A stretch of DNA of 41,185 bases from a bacterium (GTDB taxonomy: Bacteria > Zhuqueibacterota > Zhuqueibacteria > Oceanimicrobiales > Oceanimicrobiaceae). Below the pieces are notes generated by a model. It searched no databases and was not told where the DNA came from. It worked only from the letters and a program-made list of their open reading frames with translations. Made by a program: the position numbers and the translations under genes. Position 1 is the stretch's first letter; each line of letters begins with the position of its first letter. Location of the stretch: assembly GCA_037446635.1 (NCBI GenBank), contig JBBIIG010000036.1, positions 1 to 41,185 of the forward strand, given 5' to 3'. Shown here piece after piece: positions 1-7,742 of this stretch.

Positions 1-660
1 AATCGGGTCGGCGATGATCACGATGTGCGCCTCCATGGTGCGGTTGTTGGCGTCGATGATGGAATCGAGGGTGGTGCTCTTGCCGGAGCCGGTGATGCCG
101 GTGATCAGCACCAGCCCGGATTTTTGATATTTCAAGCTCAAGGTTTTGGCCACCTCTTCGTGAAAAGCAAATTTGCTGAACGGGATGATTTGATCGTTGA
201 TGCGCCGCATATTCACCGCTAAATGCGTCAGGTCGAAATATATGCTGGCGCGAAAACGCGTCCACAGGTTTTTCTCTTTGTCGAAAACGCGATACGAGAT
301 ATCGAGAAAGCGCTGTTTGAAAAGCTGCTTGCGCTCGGATTCGGTGAGCAGGTTCAAAATCAGTACGTCGGTTTCGTTGATGGCGTACTCGCCGAGCGCC
401 GCGTCCGTGGCTTTGTTGCCAAAGACGCGAAACCAGATGAAATTGCGGCAGCCCGGCCCGCCGAGATCGATGTCCGACGCCTCCAACTGTTTCATGCGGA
501 TCAGAAAGCTATCAAAGTGCGTTTTGAGCGCGACCTTAACCTCATCGGGCTGATCCTCCAACAAATTGCTGATGAACAACCAGCGATTTTCGCCCAGCAG
601 ATGCGGGGGGATCGCTTGCGAAACTCTGGCGACGATATCTCGTGTCGTTTGAAAATCCAT
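1..660 (-). CDS. PilT/PilU-family type IV pilus ATPase, 5' part (runs off the left edge; missing from the ORF track)
   Basis: Manual translation from ATG at 660: MDFQTTRDIVARVSQAIPP...EASDIDLGGPG...RFRASIYFD...MRRI...SGLVLITGITGSGKSTTLDSIIDANNRTMEAHIVIIADPI. Contains ASDI, Walker A GxTGSGKST and the start of the Asp box; 220 open codons. Confidence 0.88.
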   Translation of the reverse strand, partial: MDFQTTRDIVARVSQAIPPHLLGENRWLFISNLLEDQPDEVKVALKTHFDSFLIRMKQLEASDIDLGGPGCRNFIWFRVFGNKATDAALGEYAINETDVLILNLLTESERKQLFKQRFLDISYRVFDKEKNLWTRFRASIYFDLTHLAVNMRRINDQIIPFSKFAFHEEVAKTLSLKYQKSGLVLITGITGSGKSTTLDSIIDANNRTMEAHIVIIADPI

Positions 661-722
661 GCGAATCTAAATTTAGTTTGTCCTCCTTTCCTTCCCCCAA
701 AGAAGGAGCGCGTTAGTTAAAA

Positions 723-763
723 GAAAATGCAAAAAAGCAAAATGAAAAATTTAAAGTGCAAAG
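723..763. repeat. Degenerate heptamer tandem array (AAAATGC-like)
   Basis: aaaatgc aaaaaagc aaaatga aaaattt aaagtgc aaa. Confidence 0.6.
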
Positions 764-768
764 GTATC

Positions 769-791
769 CTCGTTTCCACGCGTGGCAACGA
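769..791. repeat. Degenerate copy of the REP-like hairpin at 2803-2829
   Basis: ctcgtttccacg-cgtggcaacga versus ctcgttcccacg-ctctg-cgtgggaacg; the loop is deleted. Confidence 0.55.
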
Positions 792-830
792 ACGCTTTTG
801 CTCTGATTATTGACCTCAACCTGACTCTCA

Positions 831-870
831 CCTAAGAGGAAAGGGAACTAAAATCCCTTCTCCTCTTAGG
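831..870. repeat. Intergenic palindrome (REP-like, possible terminator or stabiliser after pilB)
   Basis: cctaagagga-aaggga ... tcccttc-tcctcttagg inverted arms. Confidence 0.7.
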
Positions 871-879
871 GGTCTGTGC

Positions 880-941
880 TTTTCACTATTCACTTTACCT
901 CTCAACCTCTGCCGTTTGCCTCTACCCTTTCACGTTCACCA
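880..941. repeat. Degenerate heptamer array starting at the pilB stop codon
   Basis: tttcact attcact ttacctc tcaacct ctgccgt ttgcctc taccctt tcacgtt. Confidence 0.55.
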
Positions 942-2762
942 TTCCATCGTCGCCGACACGATCTCCTGCATGGTGGTCATGCCGCGCTTGATGCGTTCCT
1001 TGCCGGAATCCCGCAGCGACATCATGCCGCGGGTCGCGGCCAGATTGCGAATCGCCTCTTCGTCGATGTCGTCTTTGGCGCCGAGAATTTCCCGCCGGAT
1101 CTCTTTGTTGAACAGCAGCGCCTCGCTGATGGCGATGCGGCCTTTGTAGCCCTCGTAGCAGGCGCCGCAGCCCACTGGCTCATAAAAAACTGTATCGGCG
1201 ATTTCCTGCTGTGTAAATCCCAAACGCAGCAGCAGCTCCGCATCGGGATTTTCTGTTGGGCGTTTGCACTCGTCGCACAGTTTGCGCACCAGACGCTGCG
1301 CCATCACCAGGTTGATGGCATTGGCGATCAAAAACGGCTCTACGCCAAGCATGTACAACCGGGAGATGGCGCTGGGCGCGTCGTTGGTGTGTAACGTTGA
1401 GAACGTTAGGTGCCCCGTGTTGGCCAATGATATTGCAATCTCCGCCGATTTCAGGTCGCGAATTTCTCCCACCATCACGATGTCCGGATCGTGGCGCAAA
1501 ATCGAGCGCAGCGCCTGATCGAAATTCAATTTGGGATTGAGCTTCACCTGCCGGCAGCCGGGCAGCAGGTATTCCACCGGCTCTTCGACGGTGAGCACGT
1601 TCAAGCTCGGATCCATCACATGATTGAGCGCCGCCACCAGCGTGGTGCTTTTGCCGCTGCCGGTGGGGCCGGTGAGAATCACCATGCCCTGCGGTTGCTC
1701 GATGGCTTTTTTGAAATCCAGCAGCGCCTGTTCGTGCAGCCCGAGCTTGTCGAGGTTGGTGATCACTTTGCGATCGTCTAAAATACGAATCACCACGCTC
1801 TCGAAGCGGCGCTCGAATTCCACGCCCACAATTGGAATCACCGACACCCGGAAGCGGATGTAGTAATTGTCAATCTTCCTTTGAATGTAGCCATCCTGCG
1901 CCGACGAACGGTCGAAGCGATCGATGTTGATGGCGCGGTCTTTGATCACCGCCACCACGGCCTCCGGTTTAATTTCCACTTGCGAGTACCAGCGCTGCAG
2001 TTTGCCATCGATGCGGAAGAAGAAATCGGTAACGTTGCCCTCTTTCGGGATAACGTGAATGTCACTGGCGCCTTTGCGCACCGCCTCCACCAACATGCCC
2101 TCGATTAAATTGACCAACCGGCTTTTGTTGATTTCCGCGTCCAGCGCTTCTTCATCGATTTGCCGGTTTTGATCGTCGAAGACTTCGACCTCCTGCGACT
2201 CCTCGAATATTTTTTGCAGGAACTCGTTGTTTGAATAAAAGATTTCGTGGATCAACTCTTCGATGCGCTCGACCGGCGCGTAGGCGATGTCCACGTCCGC
2301 TACTTCCAGCCGTTTGCCGTAATCATAAATTTCCTGATTGGTGGGGTCGCCGGTTACCAAAATCAGCACGTTCTTTTTGTACTCGTGCCATTTGTACGGC
2401 AGGATTTTCTTGTTGAGCAATTCGTTCGAGACGTCTTCCGGCATCGTGTAAATGATTTCTTTGATGAACTCGATGCGATCGCGATCGACGTTCTCTTTGG
2501 AGATGTCGATGATCTGAAAACCATACAGCTTCGCCATCTCCACGTAAATCGCATTGCGGTCGACGCCCAAATCCTGAATCAGGATGTCAATTAGCTTGCG
2601 CTTGGTCGAGCGCGGCTCCCGGCTCTGAATGTCCGCAGCCTTCTGGATCATCGCTTCCGTGATGATGCCGCGGTTGATGAGCGCTTCCGACAACCGCCCG
2701 AGTCCCTTGCTCTGCGGCTTGATGTTGATTTCTGCAGTGATGGTGCTTTTGTCGCGTATCAT
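936..2762 (-). CDS. pilB: Type IV pilus assembly ATPase PilB (GspE/PulE family)
   Basis: ASDIH, Walker A GPTGSGKST, Asp box TVEEPVE, LRHDPDIVMVGEIRD, TGHLTFSTLHTN, Zn-binding CDEC...CGAC; adjacent to pilC. Confidence 0.95.
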   Translation of the reverse strand: MIRDKSTITAEINIKPQSKGLGRLSEALINRGIITEAMIQKAADIQSREPRSTKRKLIDILIQDLGVDRNAIYVEMAKLYGFQIIDISKENVDRDRIEFIKEIIYTMPEDVSNELLNKKILPYKWHEYKKNVLILVTGDPTNQEIYDYGKRLEVADVDIAYAPVERIEELIHEIFYSNNEFLQKIFEESQEVEVFDDQNRQIDEEALDAEINKSRLVNLIEGMLVEAVRKGASDIHVIPKEGNVTDFFFRIDGKLQRWYSQVEIKPEAVVAVIKDRAINIDRFDRSSAQDGYIQRKIDNYYIRFRVSVIPIVGVEFERRFESVVIRILDDRKVITNLDKLGLHEQALLDFKKAIEQPQGMVILTGPTGSGKSTTLVAALNHVMDPSLNVLTVEEPVEYLLPGCRQVKLNPKLNFDQALRSILRHDPDIVMVGEIRDLKSAEIAISLANTGHLTFSTLHTNDAPSAISRLYMLGVEPFLIANAINLVMAQRLVRKLCDECKRPTENPDAELLLRLGFTQQEIADTVFYEPVGCGACYEGYKGRIAISEALLFNKEIRREILGAKDDIDEEAIRNLAATRGMMSLRDSGKERIKRGMTTMQEIVSATMEW

Positions 2763-2802
2763 AGTTTGTTCAAAAAGCTACATTAAAACGATTACTCATT
2801 TA

Positions 2803-2829
2803 CTCGTTCCCACGCTCTGCGTGGGAACG
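2803..2829. repeat. REP-like perfect hairpin
   Basis: cgttcccacgc-tct-gcgtgggaacg, 11-bp stem with TCT loop. Confidence 0.8.
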
Positions 2830-2836
2830 GGGTCAA

Positions 2837-2884
2837 CGTCTGCCGTCTGCCGTCTGCCATTTGCCGTCTCACATCTCACATCTA
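2837..2884. repeat. Heptamer tandem array abutting the pilC stop
   Basis: cgtctgc cgtctgc cgtctgc catttgc cgtctca catctca catcta. Confidence 0.85.
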
Positions 2885-4225
2885 CCTATTCAACGGCGAC
2901 GGCGGACTGACAAACCCAATTTCTGAGGACACCAGCGTCAGTCCGACGATCAGCAGCGTGATGATAACCGAAATCACAATGTTTATAATATCCACCAGCG
3001 CTTTCATGCGGTGGCTGGTTTCTTTTTCATAGTAGTTGGCCAATTGCAGCGCGGCCTCTTTGAGCGTGCCGGACTCCTCGCCCGAGCGCAGCCGCCGCAC
3101 CGCGTTGAGGGTGAAGCAATTCGTTCGTCCTAAACACTCGACGAAACTTTTACCCTCCCGCAGCATCGCCGGAATCACCAGCGTGTTGATCTGCCGTTCG
3201 ATGTAGGCGTTGCGGCACGACTCCGCCGCGATGCGGATGGCGTTGATGTTTTCGCCTGAGGTGCTGTAAAGCGCCGAAAACACCCGCGCAAAAATCTCGA
3301 TGCTGATTTTGTGCAGCACCGGGCCCACCACCGGTATCTGAATGATGGTGCGATCGATAATGTAGCGCCCGCGTTCGGTGCGCGCCCATTGAATGAAGAA
3401 CCCCAGCGGGATGACGATCGCCGCGATCATCAGCACGTAATAATCCTGTAAAAACTCGCTGAAAGCGATGGTGGCTTTGGTCATCGGCGGAATTTCGATT
3501 TTAAATTTCACCAGCATCTTCGTCAGTTTCGGGAAGATGTACATCACATAAAAAATCGTGGCGGCGATCATCGACAGCACCACGACTACCGGCATCACTA
3601 AAATCGAGCGCAGGTTGCTTTTGAACTCGGCGTCGCGCTCCAAAAATTTGGCGGTGCTTTCGTAGATGGCGGCCATGTTGCCGCTGGTGGAAGCCACCGC
3701 CAACATGTGCGCGGTGAACCGTCCCAGCACTTCTTCGTGTTTGCCGTAAACCGTGTGGCCGTCGGCGCCCGACTTCAAATCTTTTTGGATGTCTTTGACG
3801 GTCTCGCGCAGCCGGCGGTTCTCGGTGTCGTTGCCGATCAGCGTGAGAATTTCGTCGTACGGAAATTTCTCCCGCAAAAGATCAGCGCAAATGCGAATGA
3901 ACAGCACCAAATCTTTGGTGGGAACTTTCAGCCGGAAGTCAAACAACTTTTTGCGGACATAAATCACCCGGTAGCCCATTTTGGTGAGGGCATTGAACAG
4001 CTCCTCGCGGGTGAAGGCCTTCTGCTCGCCAGTGATCGGCTTTTCCGATCCCCGCTGAACTTTGTACAGATAGACCGATTTTTTCTGCACCGCGTCGATG
4101 CGGATGCCTTTGGTTTTGCCCAGCTCTTTGATTTTGGACTTAACCGTTTTTTCATCCGGGCTGAACACCACCCCCTGGATGGGCTTGCCGCTGACGCTGA
4201 CTCCGACGTATCGATATTCTGGCAT
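2882..4225 (-). CDS. pilC: Type IV pilus inner-membrane platform protein PilC (GspF family)
   Basis: Start MPEYRYVG at ATG 4225 (the ORF-track extension to 4276 runs into a palindrome); two T2SSF domains, GEESGTL motif, three TM segments. Confidence 0.92.
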   Translation of the reverse strand: MPEYRYVGVSVSGKPIQGVVFSPDEKTVKSKIKELGKTKGIRIDAVQKKSVYLYKVQRGSEKPITGEQKAFTREELFNALTKMGYRVIYVRKKLFDFRLKVPTKDLVLFIRICADLLREKFPYDEILTLIGNDTENRRLRETVKDIQKDLKSGADGHTVYGKHEEVLGRFTAHMLAVASTSGNMAAIYESTAKFLERDAEFKSNLRSILVMPVVVVLSMIAATIFYVMYIFPKLTKMLVKFKIEIPPMTKATIAFSEFLQDYYVLMIAAIVIPLGFFIQWARTERGRYIIDRTIIQIPVVGPVLHKISIEIFARVFSALYSTSGENINAIRIAAESCRNAYIERQINTLVIPAMLREGKSFVECLGRTNCFTLNAVRRLRSGEESGTLKEAALQLANYYEKETSHRMKALVDIINIVISVIITLLIVGLTLVSSEIGFVSPPSPLNR

Positions 4226-4258
4226 AGCTTTATTTTGCTTGCATCGGGTTTTTAGAAA

Positions 4259-4358
4259 GATCAAACACCGTTTCAAACGGTGTTTGATCGGTAAACAATT
4301 TCTTCAAATCTCACAGCTAAATCAAAAGATCAGACACCGTTTTAAACGGTGTCTGATC
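4259..4358. repeat. Two copies of a 31-bp perfect palindrome (4259-4289, 4328-4358)
   Basis: gatcaaacaccgttt-c-aaacggtgtttgatc and gatcagacaccgttt-t-aaacggtgtctgatc. Confidence 0.9.
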
Positions 4359-4361
4359 CGT

Positions 4362-4395
4362 CTTGCAACTGTGTCAGCCTTGCGACTGTGTCAGC
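4362..4395. repeat. 17-bp tandem direct repeat downstream of the pilin gene
   Basis: cttgcaactgtgtcagc cttgcgactgtgtcagc. Confidence 0.75.
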
Positions 4396-4432
4396 AAGTA
4401 GATTGCGAGCCAACTTGCCGATCGGTGGTCTG

Positions 4433-4840
4433 TTACCTGTTAAGAATCACGGTTGAATCTATTGTTGCTGAGCTGGCATAAACCACAACCGTAAGCGGAG
4501 TTCCATCACCGTCGCCATCTTCTATTCCAACGCCCTGAATTGTGATTTGGCCGGCATTAGGAGAATTCGGCGTAACAGTGTAAGTGCCGTTGATAGTTGT
4601 GGCTGGAAAGTTGACCACACCAGTGCTGTCAAGCCCGGCCCAATCCCGGCCGCCGCCGCCCATTTGCGTGGGTTTCCGCCACCATTCTTGTGCTCGTGAT
4701 GCGATGGTCATGCAGTCCTGGGTGACAGCATCAAGATTGCCTTGCACCGCACCCGATTGGAACATGTTCAATCCCACAATGATGGCAATGCCAACGATAA
4801 TGGCGCCCAAGACAATCAGCAGAAGTTGTTGTTGACCCAT
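4433..4840 (-). CDS. Probable major type IV pilin with a non-canonical MGQQQLLL N-terminus
   Basis: MGQQQ followed by a 20-aa hydrophobic helix, an amphipathic helix and a small beta-rich head; strong RBS (GAGGAG); directly upstream of pilC-pilB. Confidence 0.8.
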   Translation of the reverse strand: MGQQQLLLIVLGAIIVGIAIIVGLNMFQSGAVQGNLDAVTQDCMTIASRAQEWWRKPTQMGGGGRDWAGLDSTGVVNFPATTINGTYTVTPNSPNAGQITIQGVGIEDGDGDGTPLTVVVYASSATIDSTVILNR

Positions 4841-5003
4841 GAGTGTTACTCCTCAGAATTAGGTTCCGTATTCAGTTAATTACCTGGTTGAGTTATGAAT
4901 TCCCCCGGATATGTCTTACATCACCTCCTTGCCGGCCCGGCGGCCGCCGGATGTTTATGGTTGCTTTCTTTATTCGATGTTTATCTTATTTGCTTGTTCG
5001 ATA

Positions 5004-5083
5004 ATTAACAATTCGCAATTGACAATTCACCATTGACAATTGTTAATTGTGAATTGCCAATTGCCAATTGCCAATTGTGAATT
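5004..5083. repeat. Inverted pair of ATTGNCA-type heptamer arrays (long imperfect hairpin)
   Basis: attaaca attcgca attgaca attcacc attgaca / attgtga attgcca attgcca attgcca attgtga. Confidence 0.85.
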
Positions 5084-5089
5084 CTGGAC

Positions 5090-5128
5090 AATCCCATAAA
5101 TCCGCTTTTGCTAAGGGGGACTTAGGGG
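5090..5128. repeat. Degenerate REP-like hairpin element at the pseudokinase stop
   Basis: aatcccataaatccgcttttgctaagggggacttagggg; imperfect inverted arms. Confidence 0.45.
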
Positions 5129-7639
5129 TCAATACGAATCTCTTGCCTGCGCAATTTGATAACTAAAATTCGAGAACAAGCTGCCTTCGAACGTCTTTTT
5201 CAACAGCGTCACCATTTGCTCGACGGATTGAAAGCGCTTGTCCGGATCCTTGGCCATGCACTTCATGATGAACGACTCGCAGAATTGCGGCAGTTGCTTG
5301 TTGATCCCCGAAGGCGGCGGGGGCGTCTTATTCAGAATTGCATGTGTCAAGTCGTCTATATTTCTACTTGCAAACGGATAAACTTGCGTTACGAGGTGAT
5401 ACAATAAAACGCCCAGTGAAAAAATATCGCTGCGGCTGTCGCCGGCGGCGCCGCGCGCCTGGCCCGCGCCGGCGCGGAGGCGTTCCGGCGCCATGTAAAA
5501 AAGCTGCTCGTGATCTTCTTTGAAATTTTCGAACTCGAAAAACAAGCTTTTGGGAATGTGGAAGTCCATGATTTTGACTTCATCGTTCACGCCCACGCGC
5601 ACGTTGTTGGGCTTCAAATTAAGATGGCAGAAGCCGAGGCGGTGGCTGAATTGCAGGCCTTTGCAAATCTGGTACATTAACTTGACCAGCCGCTCGGGGG
5701 TGTAGCCCTTGCCGCCTTTGAAAACGTCGATGAGCGGCACGCCCTCCACAAATTCCCGCGCCACGTAGGTCAGCCCCTGATCTTCATCCACTTCGTAAAT
5801 GGTGGTGATGTTGGGATGATTCATCTGCCCGAACGATTTGGCGATTTGATAAAACTCCATCTTCTGCTGGTTGTTGGGCGGCAGCGCGTTGAAGGCCTCC
5901 GACTGAATGACTTTTAAAATCACGAAGCGCTGCAGCACCGAATCTTTGGCTTTGAACACTTTCACCGCGCCTTTGTTGCCCACTTCCACCAGCAGATCGA
6001 ATCGCCCTAATCTTTTGATGAAGCCGAATTTGAGATCGTCGATGGGGTTGCGCCACGCCACTTCGCTGAGGCTGATGCTCTCTTTCAAATATTTGAGCTT
6101 GAACTGGCCGATGGTGTTCACCTTGAAGCGGTTGGAACTTTTGACTTCGCGATAAGCTTTGCTGCTCAGAAAAATGCGGTCGGTTTTCTGAAAGATCTTG
6201 CCGTATATGGTGCGGTCGTCGGCGGAGAGATCTTTGTCGCTGACGATGCCCACTTTCAAGCCGAGGCAGAGGTCTTTCAGCGCCTGCTCGTCGTCGCTGG
6301 CAAAATCCTGCCGCCCGTGATGAATGCCAATCGAAAGATGAATCTGCTCGTTGGGTTCGTTGACGAAATTGTTGCGGTTGAGGCGGTTCAAAATTTCCAC
6401 GGCGATGGCGACCGCCTCCAGCAGATCGCTGGAGAAATAAACCAGCCCGTTGGAAACGGCCCAGATGTGAAAAATTTTGTTGCGCTCCAGCACTTCGGTG
6501 AGCATGACGAACAGCTTGTTGCGCATTTGCTGCACCTGTTCCATGCCGAAATTCTGGCGCAGAAAATCATAGTTGGTGAGCTCGATCACGGTGATGATTT
6601 CGGCGTTCTCCGGAATGTTCAACACCGTGGCCTCGCCGGCGGGGGCGGAGAAGATGGCGGCCGCGCCCTGTTTTTCGAAATCCTCGTAGGTCAAAGTGGA
6701 ATGTGCGCCCGCGGCCCGCGCCGCCAGCGGCTCGAACGGGCTGAGCTTGTTGACGATGCTTTGCGCCGCGCTAATTTTTTTGCGGCCGGCGCCGCTCTTG
6801 ACGGTCGCTTCGCCGGCGCCGACGGCGGCCAGCTCAAATTCGGAGGCGCTTTCTTCCGCCATTTCCGACGGCGCCCAGAAATTCCAGTAATCCTTTTCCA
6901 ATAAAAATTTTTTGAGCTCGAGATAGAAACACAGCTCCTGCAAATCCTCGAAGCCGGCGCACTTATTGAGGTAGTCCAGCACCAGTTGCCGGTCGATGTA
7001 ACTGAACCGCGCTTGCTGGCTGCTTGATTCTGCATGAAAGGCTTTTTCGAGATAAGTGATGCAGAGGTATTTCAAAAGCATGGTATTGTTTTCCGTGACG
7101 TCGATTAATTTTTTCAGTTGCTGAATGGCCTCGTTAAAACTAGCCACGAACCAGCAACAGCGCAAAAACATGGTGAGCGCTTTCGGCTGGTAGCCGACTT
7201 TGTTCAAAAGTTTTGCGGTCACGTCTTTGCAGCGGTTGAAGTCTTTGTGTTTGAAATAAATGTCTCCCAGGCGCTCGGCCAGGGTCTCGAACATGGCACT
7301 GTCGTTTTTCAAAGCGATCTCATAAATTTCCACGGACTGGGCGTCTTCGCGGTTTTCGCCGAGCAGGGTCGTCGCCAGTGCGCTGTAAAGTTCTTTGTTG
7401 GTTTGATCGTACTGAATCGCTTTTTGAAAAATTTCAATGGCGCGTTTGTCGAAGCGCTTCAGGCCGATATAGGCCTTGCTCAAGTTGGTGTAGAGATGGC
7501 GATTCCCCACTTTGAGGTCGAGCAATTGGTGGTAGCGTTTCGCCGACTCAGCATAGAGTCCTTTCTCCAAATAGGCGTCTCCCAGCGCCAGGATCATCAG
7601 TATCAGATCTTTGTGTTTTTTTAGGTCGATTGCTGGCAT
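5129..7639 (-). CDS. TPR-like repeats + degenerate class III nucleotidyl-cyclase domain + Ser/Thr pseudokinase
   Basis: N-terminal helical repeats; cyclase-fold signature LSIGIHHG and IFLSSKAY...GQFKLK; kinase scaffold VILK, HPNI, YMAPE, SDIFSLG with HRD changed to HLN and DFG to DFH. Start is ATG 7639 or TTG 7654. Confidence 0.85.
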   Translation of the reverse strand: MPAIDLKKHKDLILMILALGDAYLEKGLYAESAKRYHQLLDLKVGNRHLYTNLSKAYIGLKRFDKRAIEIFQKAIQYDQTNKELYSALATTLLGENREDAQSVEIYEIALKNDSAMFETLAERLGDIYFKHKDFNRCKDVTAKLLNKVGYQPKALTMFLRCCWFVASFNEAIQQLKKLIDVTENNTMLLKYLCITYLEKAFHAESSSQQARFSYIDRQLVLDYLNKCAGFEDLQELCFYLELKKFLLEKDYWNFWAPSEMAEESASEFELAAVGAGEATVKSGAGRKKISAAQSIVNKLSPFEPLAARAAGAHSTLTYEDFEKQGAAAIFSAPAGEATVLNIPENAEIITVIELTNYDFLRQNFGMEQVQQMRNKLFVMLTEVLERNKIFHIWAVSNGLVYFSSDLLEAVAIAVEILNRLNRNNFVNEPNEQIHLSIGIHHGRQDFASDDEQALKDLCLGLKVGIVSDKDLSADDRTIYGKIFQKTDRIFLSSKAYREVKSSNRFKVNTIGQFKLKYLKESISLSEVAWRNPIDDLKFGFIKRLGRFDLLVEVGNKGAVKVFKAKDSVLQRFVILKVIQSEAFNALPPNNQQKMEFYQIAKSFGQMNHPNITTIYEVDEDQGLTYVAREFVEGVPLIDVFKGGKGYTPERLVKLMYQICKGLQFSHRLGFCHLNLKPNNVRVGVNDEVKIMDFHIPKSLFFEFENFKEDHEQLFYMAPERLRAGAGQARGAAGDSRSDIFSLGVLLYHLVTQVYPFASRNIDDLTHAILNKTPPPPSGINKQLPQFCESFIMKCMAKDPDKRFQSVEQMVTLLKKTFEGSLFSNFSYQIAQARDSY

Positions 7640-7667
7640 GTTCGTCAGTTTCAAATGTCTCGAGTAC

Positions 7668-7740
7668 TAAGGCATAAGGCATAAGGTATGGGGAAATAAA
7701 GGAGATGCAACCCACTATATTTCCTTATACCTTATACCCC
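7668..7740. repeat. Inverted heptamer arrays (TAAGGCA/TACCTTA) forming a hairpin
   Basis: taaggca taaggca taaggta tggggaaata ... tatttcctta tacctta tacccc. Confidence 0.8.
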
Positions 7741-7742
7741 GC

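Noticed and set aside
223..720. Plus-strand 165-aa ORF and many other long antisense ORFs (e.g. 10058-10918, 11231-12172, 33934-35205)
   Set aside because: They are shadow frames of well-supported genes on the opposite strand in GC-rich DNA, with no recognisable motifs.
4220..4240. TGGCAT...TTGC resembling a sigma-54 promoter on the plus strand
   Set aside because: GG-to-GC spacing is wrong, it overlaps the pilC start codon and it points antisense.
4259..4358. Two 31-bp palindromic repeats with a 38-nt spacer, resembling a mini CRISPR array
   Set aside because: Only two units, fully palindromic end to end, no cas genes or leader; better explained as REP-like elements.
4920..4930. ATCACCTCCTT resembling the 3' end of 16S rRNA
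   Set aside because: There is no rRNA sequence upstream; it is the reverse complement of an SD-like motif in the pilin leader.
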